Shown here piece after piece: positions 20,912-30,600 of a stretch of DNA of 64,000 bases. Each line of letters opens with the position of its first letter. Positions within the stretch are counted from its first letter, which is position 1. The notes under the pieces are model-generated. The model had not been told where the DNA came from. It was given only the letters and a program-made list of their open reading frames with translations, and made no database searches. The stretch is from NCBI GenBank assembly GCA_965116075.1, contig OZ220467.1, positions 1,722,509 to 1,786,508 of the forward strand, written 5' to 3'. The DNA is from Thermodesulfobacteriota bacterium (GTDB lineage: Bacteria > Desulfobacterota_D > UBA1144 > Nemesobacterales > Nemesobacteraceae). Position numbers and translations under genes: made by a program.

Positions 20912-21874
20912 ATGTTAAAAATGCTCTTTGTTATGGATCCCATTGAATCCATAAATATAGGGAAAGATACAACCTTCGTCATAATGCTTGAATGCCAAGC
21001 GAGAGGACATTATGTTTATTATTGCGAAACAGCTAATCTTTTTACAAGGAATTCAGAAGGTTGGACAGACGCAACACCGATTCGTCTCCAGAGAAAAAGC
21101 GATTATTACGCAAAATTTCCCACGCAATCCTGTCCACTTGATCACTTTGATGTTATATGGATGAGAAAAGACCCACCCTTCAATACAGACTATATTTACT
21201 CAACCTACATACTCAACAGAGTCGATGAGAGAACAACACACGTTATAAATCATCCAGCTGGAATAAGGGAATCAAACGAGAAGATGTATGCTCTGAATTT
21301 CGCTAAATATATGCCCCCTACCCTAGTTTCGAAAGATATCGGAAAACTTAAAGAGTTTCTCAAAGAGTCAGGAGGCGAGATAGTGATAAAACCGCTTGAC
21401 GGCTATGGAGGGGAAGGAATATTTCTTGTAAAGCAAGATGACCCAAATCTAAACGTCATTATAGAGAGTTCTACAAGTTTTGGACAAACTTACGTAATGG
21501 CGCAAAAATTCATAGCACAAGTATCTAAAGGGGATAAAAGAGTAATTATTCTCAACGGAGAACCATTGGGAGCAGTGATGAGAGTGGCAACTAAGGGAGA
21601 GTTTAGAAGCAATTTCCATTCTGGAGGTCATCCCGAAAAAACAGAACTTACAGAAAGAGACCTTGAGATATGCAACGCCCTGCGAAAAAAGCTGCTTGAT
21701 GACCGGCTTTACTTAGTCGGAATTGACATAGTCGGAGGCTTTCTAACTGAAGTCAACACCACAAGTCCAACATGCGTTCAGGAAATAAATTTCTTCTCCA
21801 AAACAAAACTTGAGTCACAAATAGTAAATTTTGCAGAACAACTAGTCCAATGGGGCGTTGCACCACCATCTTAA
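20912..21874 (+). CDS. gshB: Glutathione synthetase
   Basis: FVMDPIESI..KDTT, MRKDPPF, KPLDGYGGEGIF, GDKRV, TEVNTTSPTC. Confidence 0.95.
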   Translation: MLKMLFVMDPIESINIGKDTTFVIMLECQARGHYVYYCETANLFTRNSEGWTDATPIRLQRKSDYYAKFPTQSCPLDHFDVIWMRKDPPFNTDYIYSTYILNRVDERTTHVINHPAGIRESNEKMYALNFAKYMPPTLVSKDIGKLKEFLKESGGEIVIKPLDGYGGEGIFLVKQDDPNLNVIIESSTSFGQTYVMAQKFIAQVSKGDKRVIILNGEPLGAVMRVATKGEFRSNFHSGGHPEKTELTERDLEICNALRKKLLDDRLYLVGIDIVGGFLTEVNTTSPTCVQEINFFSKTKLESQIVNFAEQLVQWGVAPPS

Positions 21875-21900
21875 ACCTCTGAGGAGAAAAAGCCATTGTA

Positions 21901-22197
21901 ATGAAAATATCAGAAAAAGACGTGATTGCTACAGCAGAACTTGCAAGACTTGAGTTTGACGATAAAACGCTTTTGATGTTTGTACGTCAGATGGAGGACA
22001 TACTTGATTATATAGAAAACCTTTCAGAACTTGATACGGAGAATGTTGAACCCACTTCACATGTGCTTGAACTCTCTACCCCTCTTCGAAAAGACGAGGT
22101 AAAGCAATCAATTACGCAAGAACAAGCCCTTTCAAACACCCCGTCAGACAAAGACGGCTTTTTTACAGTCCCTAGAATAATAGAAGATCACAGGTGA
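21901..22197 (+). CDS. gatC: Asp/Glu-tRNA amidotransferase subunit C
   Basis: AELARL, LDTENVEPTSH, FFTVPRII. Confidence 0.93.
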   Translation: MKISEKDVIATAELARLEFDDKTLLMFVRQMEDILDYIENLSELDTENVEPTSHVLELSTPLRKDEVKQSITQEQALSNTPSDKDGFFTVPRIIEDHR

Positions 22198-22201
22198 TTG
22201 A

Positions 22202-23674
22202 ATGTCAGTTCCTAGAACCATAAAAGAAACGGCAGAACTGATAAGAACAAAGAAAATCTCCCCTGTCGAACTGACGGAGTTTTTTCTCAAACGGATTGCA
22301 AAAGATGACCAAAGACTCAACTCATATATAAGCGTCTGGAATGAAACAGCGCCTGAGGTCGCTCGCAAAGCGGAAAAACTCATATCCGAAGGAACCTATC
22401 TAGGTCCTTTGCACGGAGTTCCAATATCCCTTAAGGATATATTCGTAACAAGAAACTCAAGAACCACTTGTGGATCCAAAATGTTAAAAGATTTTGTCGC
22501 TCCATATAACTCCACCGTTGCGGAAAAAATGGAAGCCGCCGGAGCGATAATACTAGGAAAAAACAATATGGATGAGTTTGCCATGGGATCTTCAAACGAG
22601 ACGTCTTATTTCGGTCCTGTAAGAAATCCATGGAATACAGAGAAGGTCCCTGGCGGTTCAAGCGGAGGAAGTGCCGCGGCCACAGCGGCAAATCTGTGTA
22701 TAGCATCTTTAGGAACAGACACTGGGGGATCTATAAGACAACCCTGCTCGCTTTGCGGAGTTGTAGGGATGAAACCGACTTATGGAAGAGTAAGCCGATA
22801 CGGCATGGTAGCGTTTGCCTCTTCGCTTGACCAAGCGGGACCAATCGCAAAAACAGTTGAAGACGCAGCAATAATTCTCCGCTCAATAGCAGCGCATGAC
22901 CCTCTTGACTCAACGTCGGTTAATATTCCGGGCGTAGATTATCACGCTGCGCTTAACCCTGAAGTAAAAGGGTTACGGATAGGAGTGCCAAAAGAATATT
23001 TTGTATCTGGAATGGACCCAGAAGTTGAAGGATCTGTCAAAAAAGCCATCTCCGAGTTTGAAAGACTTGGGGCTGAGATAGTTGAGATCTCCCTTCCTCA
23101 CACACGCTATGCAATTTCAACTTACTATATAATAGCGCCATCTGAAGCGAGCTCAAACCTCGCAAGATACGACGGAGTAAGGTACGCATACCGTTCCACA
23201 CAAGCACAGACGCTGAGAGACCTCTTTTTTAAAAGCCGCTCCGAAGGGTTTGGAGACGAGGTCAAAAGAAGGATAATGCTCGGAACTTATGCGCTTTCAA
23301 GTGGATATTATGATGCCTATTACCTAAAAGCCCAGAAGGTAAGAACGCTAATAATAAAGGACTTTGAAAACGCTTGGGAAAAAGTAGATGTAATAATAAG
23401 TGCCACCTCTCCAGAGACAGCGTTTGGAATCGGTGAAAAGTCAGACGACCCTATCAAAATGTATTTGTCAGATATTTTAACCATTCCCTGTAACATAGCG
23501 GGACTTCCGGGGATATCTATTCCCTGCGGTCTAAGTTTAGAAAAACTTCCCATAGGACTTCAGATAATAGGGAAGCCTTTTGATGAACAAACAGTGCTAA
23601 ACACAGCATACGCCTACGAGCAGAGCGCTGGACCGAACACAGAGCGATTAATACCACCGGGGTGGTCAAAATAG
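22202..23674 (+). CDS. gatA: Asp/Glu-tRNA amidotransferase subunit A
   Basis: GGSSGGSAAA, GTDTGGSIRQP, EASSNLARYDG, RRIMLGTYALSSGYYDAYY. Confidence 0.97.
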   Translation: MSVPRTIKETAELIRTKKISPVELTEFFLKRIAKDDQRLNSYISVWNETAPEVARKAEKLISEGTYLGPLHGVPISLKDIFVTRNSRTTCGSKMLKDFVAPYNSTVAEKMEAAGAIILGKNNMDEFAMGSSNETSYFGPVRNPWNTEKVPGGSSGGSAAATAANLCIASLGTDTGGSIRQPCSLCGVVGMKPTYGRVSRYGMVAFASSLDQAGPIAKTVEDAAIILRSIAAHDPLDSTSVNIPGVDYHAALNPEVKGLRIGVPKEYFVSGMDPEVEGSVKKAISEFERLGAEIVEISLPHTRYAISTYYIIAPSEASSNLARYDGVRYAYRSTQAQTLRDLFFKSRSEGFGDEVKRRIMLGTYALSSGYYDAYYLKAQKVRTLIIKDFENAWEKVDVIISATSPETAFGIGEKSDDPIKMYLSDILTIPCNIAGLPGISIPCGLSLEKLPIGLQIIGKPFDEQTVLNTAYAYEQSAGPNTERLIPPGWSK

Positions 23675-23696
23675 TTGAAAATTCTCATAGCAAACA

Positions 23697-23705
23697 TGTT
23701 ATAAT
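23697..23705 (+). promoter_or_regulatory. Extended -10 promoter for the small Zn-ribbon gene
   Basis: TGTTATAAT is a perfect TGnTATAAT. Confidence 0.6.
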
Positions 23706-23737
23706 TTAAGCATATCGTTGGGAAAGGAGAAACCATC

Positions 23738-23908
23738 ATGGGTGAAGAGAAAAAATGCATGATGTGTGGCAAGACCTCCTCAGACACTATATGCGATCCA
23801 TGTAAGGCAAGTGTTCAGGCCGAAGCTGTTGGAGAGAAAGCCAAGATGGAAAAAAATGTAAATGTTAGCGGCAAGTTAGCAGACGAACAGTCTAAGAAAA
23901 AAACCTGA
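23738..23908 (+). CDS. Small 56-aa protein with two CxxC motifs (putative Zn ribbon)
   Basis: Below the ORF-track cutoff: MGEEKKCMMCGKTSSDTICDPCKASVQAEAVGEKAKMEKNVNVSGKLADEQSKKKT. AAGGAGA RBS; fills the gatA-rsmI gap. Confidence 0.8.
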   Translation: MGEEKKCMMCGKTSSDTICDPCKASVQAEAVGEKAKMEKNVNVSGKLADEQSKKKT

Positions 23909-23912
23909 TTCG

Positions 23913-24749
23913 TCATCTATCCCAGATTTTAAGAGCCTCTCTGTATATTTCATTTTTAGCCACTCCGAAAGTTTTACTCGCAAGAGTGACTGCTTCGCTC
24001 AGTGAAAGACCTCTTTCCCTGAGAAGTTTGAGCATTCTCTGCGTTATATACGCAAGAATATCTTTTCTCCCATCTCTGCTCCCTTGCACAACTATCGTTA
24101 CTTCACCCTTAATAGGTTCTCTTTCTGAAAGAATGGAAAGCACCTCAGAAAATGAGCCTCTAATCGCTTCTTCATACAATTTTGTCATTTCCCTAGCTAC
24201 GCATATTTTTCTCTCACCTAAAATTTCTGACATGGTTTGTAGAGTATTCTCAAGTCTCTTTGCAGATTCATAGAAAACCAGAGTATAAGGATAATAACTT
24301 ATGCTTTTGAGTAGAACTTTTCTTTTACCAGAAGTTTTAGGGAAAAAACCTAGAAATAAAAAGCCATCCGAGGCAAGTCCAGATATGATAAGCGCAGCAA
24401 GTACAGATGAGGGACCTGGAAGGGGAACCACATCAATACAGTTTTCGATCGACAGAACAACAAGCCTCCAACCTGGGTCGGAAATCAGAGGAGTTCCAGC
24501 ATCAGAAACAAGCGCTATGTTTTCTCCCCGTCGCATTTTTTCAAGAAGTTTAGGCGACTTTTCAATCTCGTTATGTTCTTGATAACTTGTGATAGGAGTT
24601 TTGATTGAATAACGAGCGAGGAGTTTTTTAGTGTTCCTAGTATCTTCACACGCTATAAGATGACAGTTTCTGAGAACATCAAGAGATCGTAGAGTCACAT
24701 CTTCAAGATTTCCTATAGGAGTGGCGACCACAAAAAGTTTTCCAAGCAT
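23913..24749 (-). CDS. rsmI: 16S rRNA C1402 2'-O-methyltransferase
   Basis: LFVVATPIGNLED, ACEDTR, VSDAGTPLISDPG, REMTKLYEE. Confidence 0.96.
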   Translation of the reverse strand: MLGKLFVVATPIGNLEDVTLRSLDVLRNCHLIACEDTRNTKKLLARYSIKTPITSYQEHNEIEKSPKLLEKMRRGENIALVSDAGTPLISDPGWRLVVLSIENCIDVVPLPGPSSVLAALIISGLASDGFLFLGFFPKTSGKRKVLLKSISYYPYTLVFYESAKRLENTLQTMSEILGERKICVAREMTKLYEEAIRGSFSEVLSILSEREPIKGEVTIVVQGSRDGRKDILAYITQRMLKLLRERGLSLSEAVTLASKTFGVAKNEIYREALKIWDR

Positions 24750-24800
24750 GTGCTGTTCTGCAACAATACTGCGAAGGAGTCAAAATCACGCTTTTGCTTT

Positions 24801-24886
<86 letters not shown>

Positions 24887-25103
24887 AATGAAATCAGATT
24901 ATACGGAATTTTTCAATTCAAATAAACACAGAAGTCTTCCAAAAAGTTTTTCCAAGAACTAGAATAAAAAAACAGAAATCGCTAGACGCTAGTTCAAATC
25001 AGTTGATTTTTAAAAACTTTTTGGAAATCAGGGTGATTTTTACCCGTCTACAATCTCTTGCTTTCTTGATACATACGCATATGTTCAACAGCGCGAGGTC
25101 TAC

Positions 25104-25535
25104 CTACTTGTCCACCACAGTGATATTTATTTTCTCTGAAACCACCGGAGGCTTGTGCGGTATGTGCGTATAACTTCCCAGAACAAGTTGTAGAGTGTGT
25201 TTTCCGGGAGCGAGTGTTATCTCTGCTTCTGTTTGACCTCCTCCAAAATGTTTTAAGTTCTTGCTGAAAACAAGAGGCTTGCCCAGGTCAGGTAATTTAT
25301 CAAAATCAATCAGCAGATGGTGATGTCCAGTATTGGGAAAATCCACTCCGGCGGGTGCGATCCCCATGTTTTTAAGACCAAATTTCACAACGAAAGTTGT
25401 GTCAACTGTTTCCCCATCCTGAGGGGAAATTATATAGGCTCTAGCTCCAGTTGGTGATTCTGAGAACTGAGTCTGCGCAAACGCTAAACTATGCGAAAAC
25501 GCAACCGCAACAAACAATAAAAATATTTTCCTCAC
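25104..25535 (-). CDS. DUF4399 family exported protein
   Basis: Signal peptide, IISPQDG, APAG..NTGHHHLLID, HFGGGQTE, PGKHTLQL. Confidence 0.85.
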   Translation of the reverse strand: MRKIFLLFVAVAFSHSLAFAQTQFSESPTGARAYIISPQDGETVDTTFVVKFGLKNMGIAPAGVDFPNTGHHHLLIDFDKLPDLGKPLVFSKNLKHFGGGQTEAEITLAPGKHTLQLVLGSYTHIPHKPPVVSEKINITVVDK

Positions 25536-25610
25536 TGGTTTATATTCAAACTCGTATAAATCTGAGAACTGACCTACATACTTTTCAGAAAATTGTCACC
25601 AAGCAAAAAA

Positions 25611-26621
25611 TCAAGAGCGTTGAGTCCAAAGATCAATCACTACCCTTCCCACCTGACCCCCTTTCAGTATAACATCTATTTCATGGTCAAGCCCCTCAAG
25701 AGAAACCACTTTACACATACTTTCAAGCGTATTAATCTTCCACTCTTCTGCAAGTTTTTCCCACACATTCTGCCTTTTCTCCATTGGACAACTAGCAGAA
25801 TCTACTCCGGCAAGGGTGATTCCTCTGAGGATAAATGGATATACGTTTGTATTGAGTTTATGAGATGAGACATTACCGCATGTGGTAACAATTCCTCTCT
25901 GTTTTGTGGACTTAATAGCGCTGGCAAGTATATCTCCTCCCACGGTGTCAACTACTGCAACCCACCTACCTTTGAGAAGAAGTCTTTTTGAAGAATCAAC
26001 CACATCCTCTCTACTTACAACCTCATTTGCTCCAATTCCGGAGAGAAACGGTAATTGATCTGTTTTCCCAGTAGATGCAGTTACGTTGTAACCAGCCTTT
26101 GCAAGAATGGCAACGGCCATGCTCCCAACTCCACCCGTAGATCCAGTCACCAAAACTTTTCCGTCTTCGGGTCTCACTCCACTCTCTACAACTTTGAGAA
26201 CAGACTGCGCAGCGGTGAATCCCGCTGTTCCGTACATCATTGATTCGGCAAGTGAAAGTTTTTCAGGCAATCTAACTACCCAGCAGGCAGGAATACGAAT
26301 ATACTGGCCAAACCCCCCGGAAGTGTCCATCCCAAGATCGTAACCATGCACTATCACTCTGTCTCCGCGTTGAAACTCCGAGTTTTCAGAATGCTCCACC
26401 ATACCAGCGGCATCAACACCGGGGGTGTGAGGGTAATTTCTAGTGACTCCTTTATTTCCCATTGAGGAAAGAGCGTCTTTGTAGTTAAGCGATGAATATT
26501 CAACTTTGACAAGCACTTCCCCTTCTGGAAGGCTGTCAACCTTTCTAACAGAAATCTCTCTACTAAATTCGCCATTTGCATTCTCACTTACAACCATCGC
26601 CTCAAAACTGTCTATATTCAT
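25611..26621 (-). CDS. YhdH/AcuI family MDR oxidoreductase (acrylyl-CoA reductase-like)
   Basis: YSSLNYKDAL, PGVDAAG, GTAGFTAA, VTGSTGGVGS, PFILRGITLAGVDS. Confidence 0.9.
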   Translation of the reverse strand: MNIDSFEAMVVSENANGEFSREISVRKVDSLPEGEVLVKVEYSSLNYKDALSSMGNKGVTRNYPHTPGVDAAGMVEHSENSEFQRGDRVIVHGYDLGMDTSGGFGQYIRIPACWVVRLPEKLSLAESMMYGTAGFTAAQSVLKVVESGVRPEDGKVLVTGSTGGVGSMAVAILAKAGYNVTASTGKTDQLPFLSGIGANEVVSREDVVDSSKRLLLKGRWVAVVDTVGGDILASAIKSTKQRGIVTTCGNVSSHKLNTNVYPFILRGITLAGVDSASCPMEKRQNVWEKLAEEWKINTLESMCKVVSLEGLDHEIDVILKGGQVGRVVIDLWTQRS

Positions 26622-27541
26622 CTAGTAAAATCTCCTATATCATTTTCCGTGTCGGCGCAAAGATCTTCAAGCGCAAGCAAAAGAGCTTGAGTTCCCAGTT
26701 TTCCGTGCCCCAGAGTGGAAGCTCTATTATAAAGGGACTTGACAAGCGAAAGACCGGGAAGAATGATTCCCGTACGTTGGGACTCAGAAAGAATTATTTC
26801 CATATCTTTTATAAAGTGGTCAACTAAGAATCCCGGAGCATAGTCACCCCGTGCTATCCTAGGAGCAAGATTCTGAAGAAGCCAACTCGACGCTGCCCCG
26901 CTTCCCACCGATCTGAGTGTTTTCTCAACAGAGAGTCCCACTTTGCGACAGTAAATAAGGCTCTCGCAGATACCTATCATTACTCCAGCAACAGTAATCT
27001 GATTACACATCTTCGCGTGCTGGCCGCAACCCGCACCCCCATGGTAGACAATGTGATTACCCATGAGATTAAGAATCTTTATCAAAGATTCAAAAACACT
27101 CTCATCTCCTCCGACCATTATAGATAATTCCCCTTTTACCGCGCCTATGTCCCCGCCAGAAACAGGGGCATCAAGAGAAGTTGACCCTAGTTCAATAGCA
27201 CTTTGGTATATCCTCTTTGCGAGAGATGGCTCGGTAGTGGTCATATCAACGAATATACGCCTAGAGACAGGTTCTTTGAGAAGCCCGTTCTGACCAAAAT
27301 AGACCTCCCGTACATCATCCGGATAACCCAGCATGGTAAAGACTACATCTGACTGTTTAACCAGTTCTGTGGGCGACTCCACCCACTCAGCCCCCTGAGT
27401 TATAAGTGTTTGCGCTTTTTCTTTTGTTCTGTTGTAGACGCAGACTTTATAACCAGAGTGAATAATGTGGTCACACATCGGAGCCCCCATTATCCCAGTT
27501 CCTATCCACCCTATCTTGGGAACGTCTTTTTCATCTTTCAT
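26618..27541 (-). CDS. NAD(P)-dependent beta-hydroxyacid dehydrogenase (3-hydroxyisobutyrate DH family)
   Basis: IGWIGTGIMG, LDAPVSGGDIGA, GQHAKMCNQ, FIKDM. Confidence 0.92.
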   Translation of the reverse strand: MKDEKDVPKIGWIGTGIMGAPMCDHIIHSGYKVCVYNRTKEKAQTLITQGAEWVESPTELVKQSDVVFTMLGYPDDVREVYFGQNGLLKEPVSRRIFVDMTTTEPSLAKRIYQSAIELGSTSLDAPVSGGDIGAVKGELSIMVGGDESVFESLIKILNLMGNHIVYHGGAGCGQHAKMCNQITVAGVMIGICESLIYCRKVGLSVEKTLRSVGSGAASSWLLQNLAPRIARGDYAPGFLVDHFIKDMEIILSESQRTGIILPGLSLVKSLYNRASTLGHGKLGTQALLLALEDLCADTENDIGDFTR

Positions 27542-27562
27542 CTGTACACAAGATTGCGGCAG

Positions 27563-29215
27563 TTATCGGGAAGCGACGCTCTGTTTGAGCATAGGAAGAT
27601 ATTTTCCACCTAGAATTATGTGACCGTTGTCGGAACCAGCCATAAGTCTTTTTACTAGGTATTCCCTGTCAGGACCTAAAACATTAACCCCGTGATCGGA
27701 TTCAACTAGGCAGAGAAGTTTTATGTCCCCACCATTTTTACTTGCGGTTTCATAGATTGCAGAATAGTTGAGAATAGCAGCTTCCGCAGTTCCACAGGGA
27801 AGAGAAGGGTTTTGAGCCCCCTCATGGTGCTCGCTTGATAGAAACCAGCACGGGTCGGGATAACCGTGGAAATGCAAAATGCACATTTCGTTTTCAATTA
27901 GAGAAGGAGCGTAAAGAGTTGAAGACAGCGCTTGGGCAAGGATAACATAAGTATCAAAAGAAGGTCTTATGTCTTTTCTTCCAAGATCAATGCCTTTTGG
28001 GATTTGGAGATGTAACTTGCCTTTTATAAGACCAATTCTCACTATATCTGACGTAGGATTTAGGTTGGTCTTGTCGCACCCTGACCTTGAAGTGACAATC
28101 CACACATCAGGAACCTGCTGATATACAGTACTCCCCCTGATAGAGGTTTTTACATGCCATCTGCCACTTGGAGATTCTCTTACTTCGTCTGCGTTGTATC
28201 CCGAGGCTCCTACAAAAGAATCCCATTGAATTTTATCCACGTATTTCTTTCCCTCATATCGTGGGGCTTCGGCAAGCGCTATAAAACCGTAGGAAACCCC
28301 CGTTCTTCCGTCTAGAATTTTGGTGGCCACGTCCCTATGAGAACGACGTTTTATCTTATCCGCAAACTTTGACCCTTCGGGAAAAAGTTGAGTTCTTCTC
28401 AGATCTGCGCCTAGAGATGAAAGTTTCTTTGCGTATTCAAACTCATTGGAATTATATTCACCTACCTTAAAGCGAGTTAGTATTGGTGGTTTTATTGGGG
28501 CGTATACTTTTGGAATGAGCGAATTGTATACAAAGTCATCAAGCTGCTCATGGTTATACACTGAGTCAGACAAATTCATGTTTATTATCGCGAAACTGTC
28601 AGATGAGACACCTATGACGATTTCCGACATAGTGTTTATCAGTCTTTTGAGCCCTATTGCGATCTTTTCATCGTAGGTGGTTTCTTCTTTCTCAAATTCG
28701 GGATCAAGTGACATTATGGTAATGACTTGCGTGTTGTATGGATCCTGCAGATAGCCCACGGTGAAATCATCAGCCCATCCACTTATCTTAAGTATGTTGC
28801 TTACAGAAAGGCTGTCTTTTCTTGTAAACAGATAGATATTTTCAGCTATTTTGCTCAGAAACCATCTCAAGGGAGAAAGGTTTTTCTTAACATCTATTAC
28901 AGCATTTACCTTTCTTCTTACTGACTTCATACCCATGAGTTTGGAAATTTTTCCAAAAGATGCATTGACAACTGTCGCATCATCCCACGAAATCACATTC
29001 ACTCCATTTCTTATAAGAGAGTCCATTAGTCTCTCTCTGTATCTAATTATCTCTGAGTTCTGGAACTTTTTTGGAAGTGGTTTAAAAGTAACAGTCACTC
29101 TACCTGACATTTCTGCAGGGTTTTTGGGATTCACTCTATCCTGAGCTTTTGGCATTCCAGAAAGAGTTGCTATAGTGTCTAGACTCAAATCTGCAATTAC
29201 CTGATTATCACTCAT
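27563..29215 (-). CDS. 550-aa hypothetical protein with a C-terminal class II aldolase/adducin-like domain
   Basis: WIVTSRSGCDKTNL, LHFHG (HxH), PCGT and SDHG match the class II aldolase metal site. N-terminal ~350 aa not recognised. Confidence 0.55.
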   Translation of the reverse strand: MSDNQVIADLSLDTIATLSGMPKAQDRVNPKNPAEMSGRVTVTFKPLPKKFQNSEIIRYRERLMDSLIRNGVNVISWDDATVVNASFGKISKLMGMKSVRRKVNAVIDVKKNLSPLRWFLSKIAENIYLFTRKDSLSVSNILKISGWADDFTVGYLQDPYNTQVITIMSLDPEFEKEETTYDEKIAIGLKRLINTMSEIVIGVSSDSFAIINMNLSDSVYNHEQLDDFVYNSLIPKVYAPIKPPILTRFKVGEYNSNEFEYAKKLSSLGADLRRTQLFPEGSKFADKIKRRSHRDVATKILDGRTGVSYGFIALAEAPRYEGKKYVDKIQWDSFVGASGYNADEVRESPSGRWHVKTSIRGSTVYQQVPDVWIVTSRSGCDKTNLNPTSDIVRIGLIKGKLHLQIPKGIDLGRKDIRPSFDTYVILAQALSSTLYAPSLIENEMCILHFHGYPDPCWFLSSEHHEGAQNPSLPCGTAEAAILNYSAIYETASKNGGDIKLLCLVESDHGVNVLGPDREYLVKRLMAGSDNGHIILGGKYLPMLKQSVASR

Positions 29216-29553
29216 AAAGATAAAAACCTCTTAAATACTCGTAGTTGACCGAACCAATCTTCAACCTATAATAAAATCAGGCATATAACACAGGATGGTT
29301 TTGGACGTTCACAATTCTTTGCTTAGTGTCTGTAAAAAACCTGTTTCTGATTCTTTGTCAAATCACTTTTTATGTTTTGCTAATTCATCATAAGATTAAA
29401 AAACTTAGGAAGATTCTGTCTTCAAAAAATTGCTCAGGATTTATTTCTCGCCATATCAATCAAATCTGGCATACATAAAGACCTTCCCGTGCAAAACAAT
29501 TTAGTTAACGTACTTTTATAATGTACCCGAACAGAGGATACAAGTGAAACCGA

Positions 29554-29573
29554 GAGGCATTTGCACTGTCCAA
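29554..29573 (+). mobile_element. Isolated IS/MITE end at the left edge of the defence island
   Basis: GAGGCATTTGCACTGTCCAA, identical over 20 nt to the reverse complement of the end at 51587-51606. Confidence 0.6.
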
Positions 29574-29868
29574 GAGGGTTTAGATTCTCTCTGCTATTGT
29601 AAGCGTTTTTGCTAGGCCCATTAAACAGTTGATATCTAATATTTATTTTTTAGGCAAGATAATTTGGCTAGTCTAGCGGTCAGCGTAGCCAAATTGTTGA
29701 CATCGGGCTGACATCCTTACGAAAGTCGGGTCAGCATCAACGCACTCACTCCCTATTCCGTGGCAATATCTTTCTAGGCAAGCGGTGGGAACGGCACCGG
29801 GCATCCATCGCAGTGTACAACACTATGATATTGAAACGGCTAGGATAACCGTCCATTTGATTTCACTC

Positions 29869-29897
29869 TTGCAATTCTTGGTCACGTATCATAATAT
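29869..29897 (+). promoter_or_regulatory. sigma70 promoter of the Ubl-E2-JAB/E1 operon
   Basis: TTGCAA-17 nt-TAATAT, 45 nt before the Ubl start. Confidence 0.55.
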
Positions 29898-29941
29898 TAT
29901 ATTTTCGTAATTTTACGTCAAACTCGAAAAGAATGTAGGCA

Positions 29942-30211
29942 ATGACAAGAATCCAAGAGATGAATAAGGTCAACGACGATGGGAAGATAAGGGTCACCGT
30001 GAACGACAAGCCAGTGATCCTCGCCGAGGCAAAGCAGACGGGCATAAGCATTAAGAAAGTTGCAATTGAGCAAGGCGCGAACATCAAGGAAGACTTCGTG
30101 CTGAGCATTGAATTAGGCGGCGGCAAGACGGAGCTAGTCGGTGACGAAGAATACTTCGAGGTCTATGCCGGAGAGCGGTTCCTAGCCATTGAGAACGACG
30201 ATAACTCATGA
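29942..30211 (+). CDS. Ubiquitin-like (multi-ubiquitin/beta-grasp) protein ending in -DDNS
   Basis: 89 aa with beta-beta-helix-beta pattern IRVTVNDKPV..QTGISIKKVA..FVLSIE..VGDEE..GERFLAI typical of prokaryotic multi-ubiquitin domains. Coupled (ATGA) to the E2-like gene. Confidence 0.75.
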   Translation: MTRIQEMNKVNDDGKIRVTVNDKPVILAEAKQTGISIKKVAIEQGANIKEDFVLSIELGGGKTELVGDEEYFEVYAGERFLAIENDDNS

Positions 30212-30600
30212 CCAATATTTCACCGTCGGTGGCTCAGGCCATCAAGCAGATTCGGTGTACTTTCAAGGGATGTAGCATTGAGTTTGAAGAGGACGGTTCC
30301 GGTGGAGCGTTCGTAGTTGTTACCGGGATCCGGCTTGGGCCTCCCTATGTGCAGGCAAATGTCTGGATCGGTTTTCAGATCACTTTTCAGTATCCGTATG
30401 CCGATGTGTATCCACATTTCACGAACGCGGATCTGTCACGATTGAATGGCGCCGAACTCGGCGATGGCTTTGGAGCGGGTTCCTTTCGAGACCAGCCGGC
30501 GATACAGGTCTCTCGGCGATCGAACCGGATTAACCCGCAAACAGACACGGCTGCTCTGAAGCTGCTCAAGGTTGTGAAATGGATGAAGAGCCGACCATAA
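30208..30600 (+). CDS. Prokaryotic E2/UBC-like protein
   Basis: UBC-fold FQITFQYPYADVYPHF (YP motif); QVSRRSN at the active-site position; C-terminal helix; lies between Ubl and E1. Confidence 0.72.
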   Translation: MTNISPSVAQAIKQIRCTFKGCSIEFEEDGSGGAFVVVTGIRLGPPYVQANVWIGFQITFQYPYADVYPHFTNADLSRLNGAELGDGFGAGSFRDQPAIQVSRRSNRINPQTDTAALKLLKVVKWMKSRP

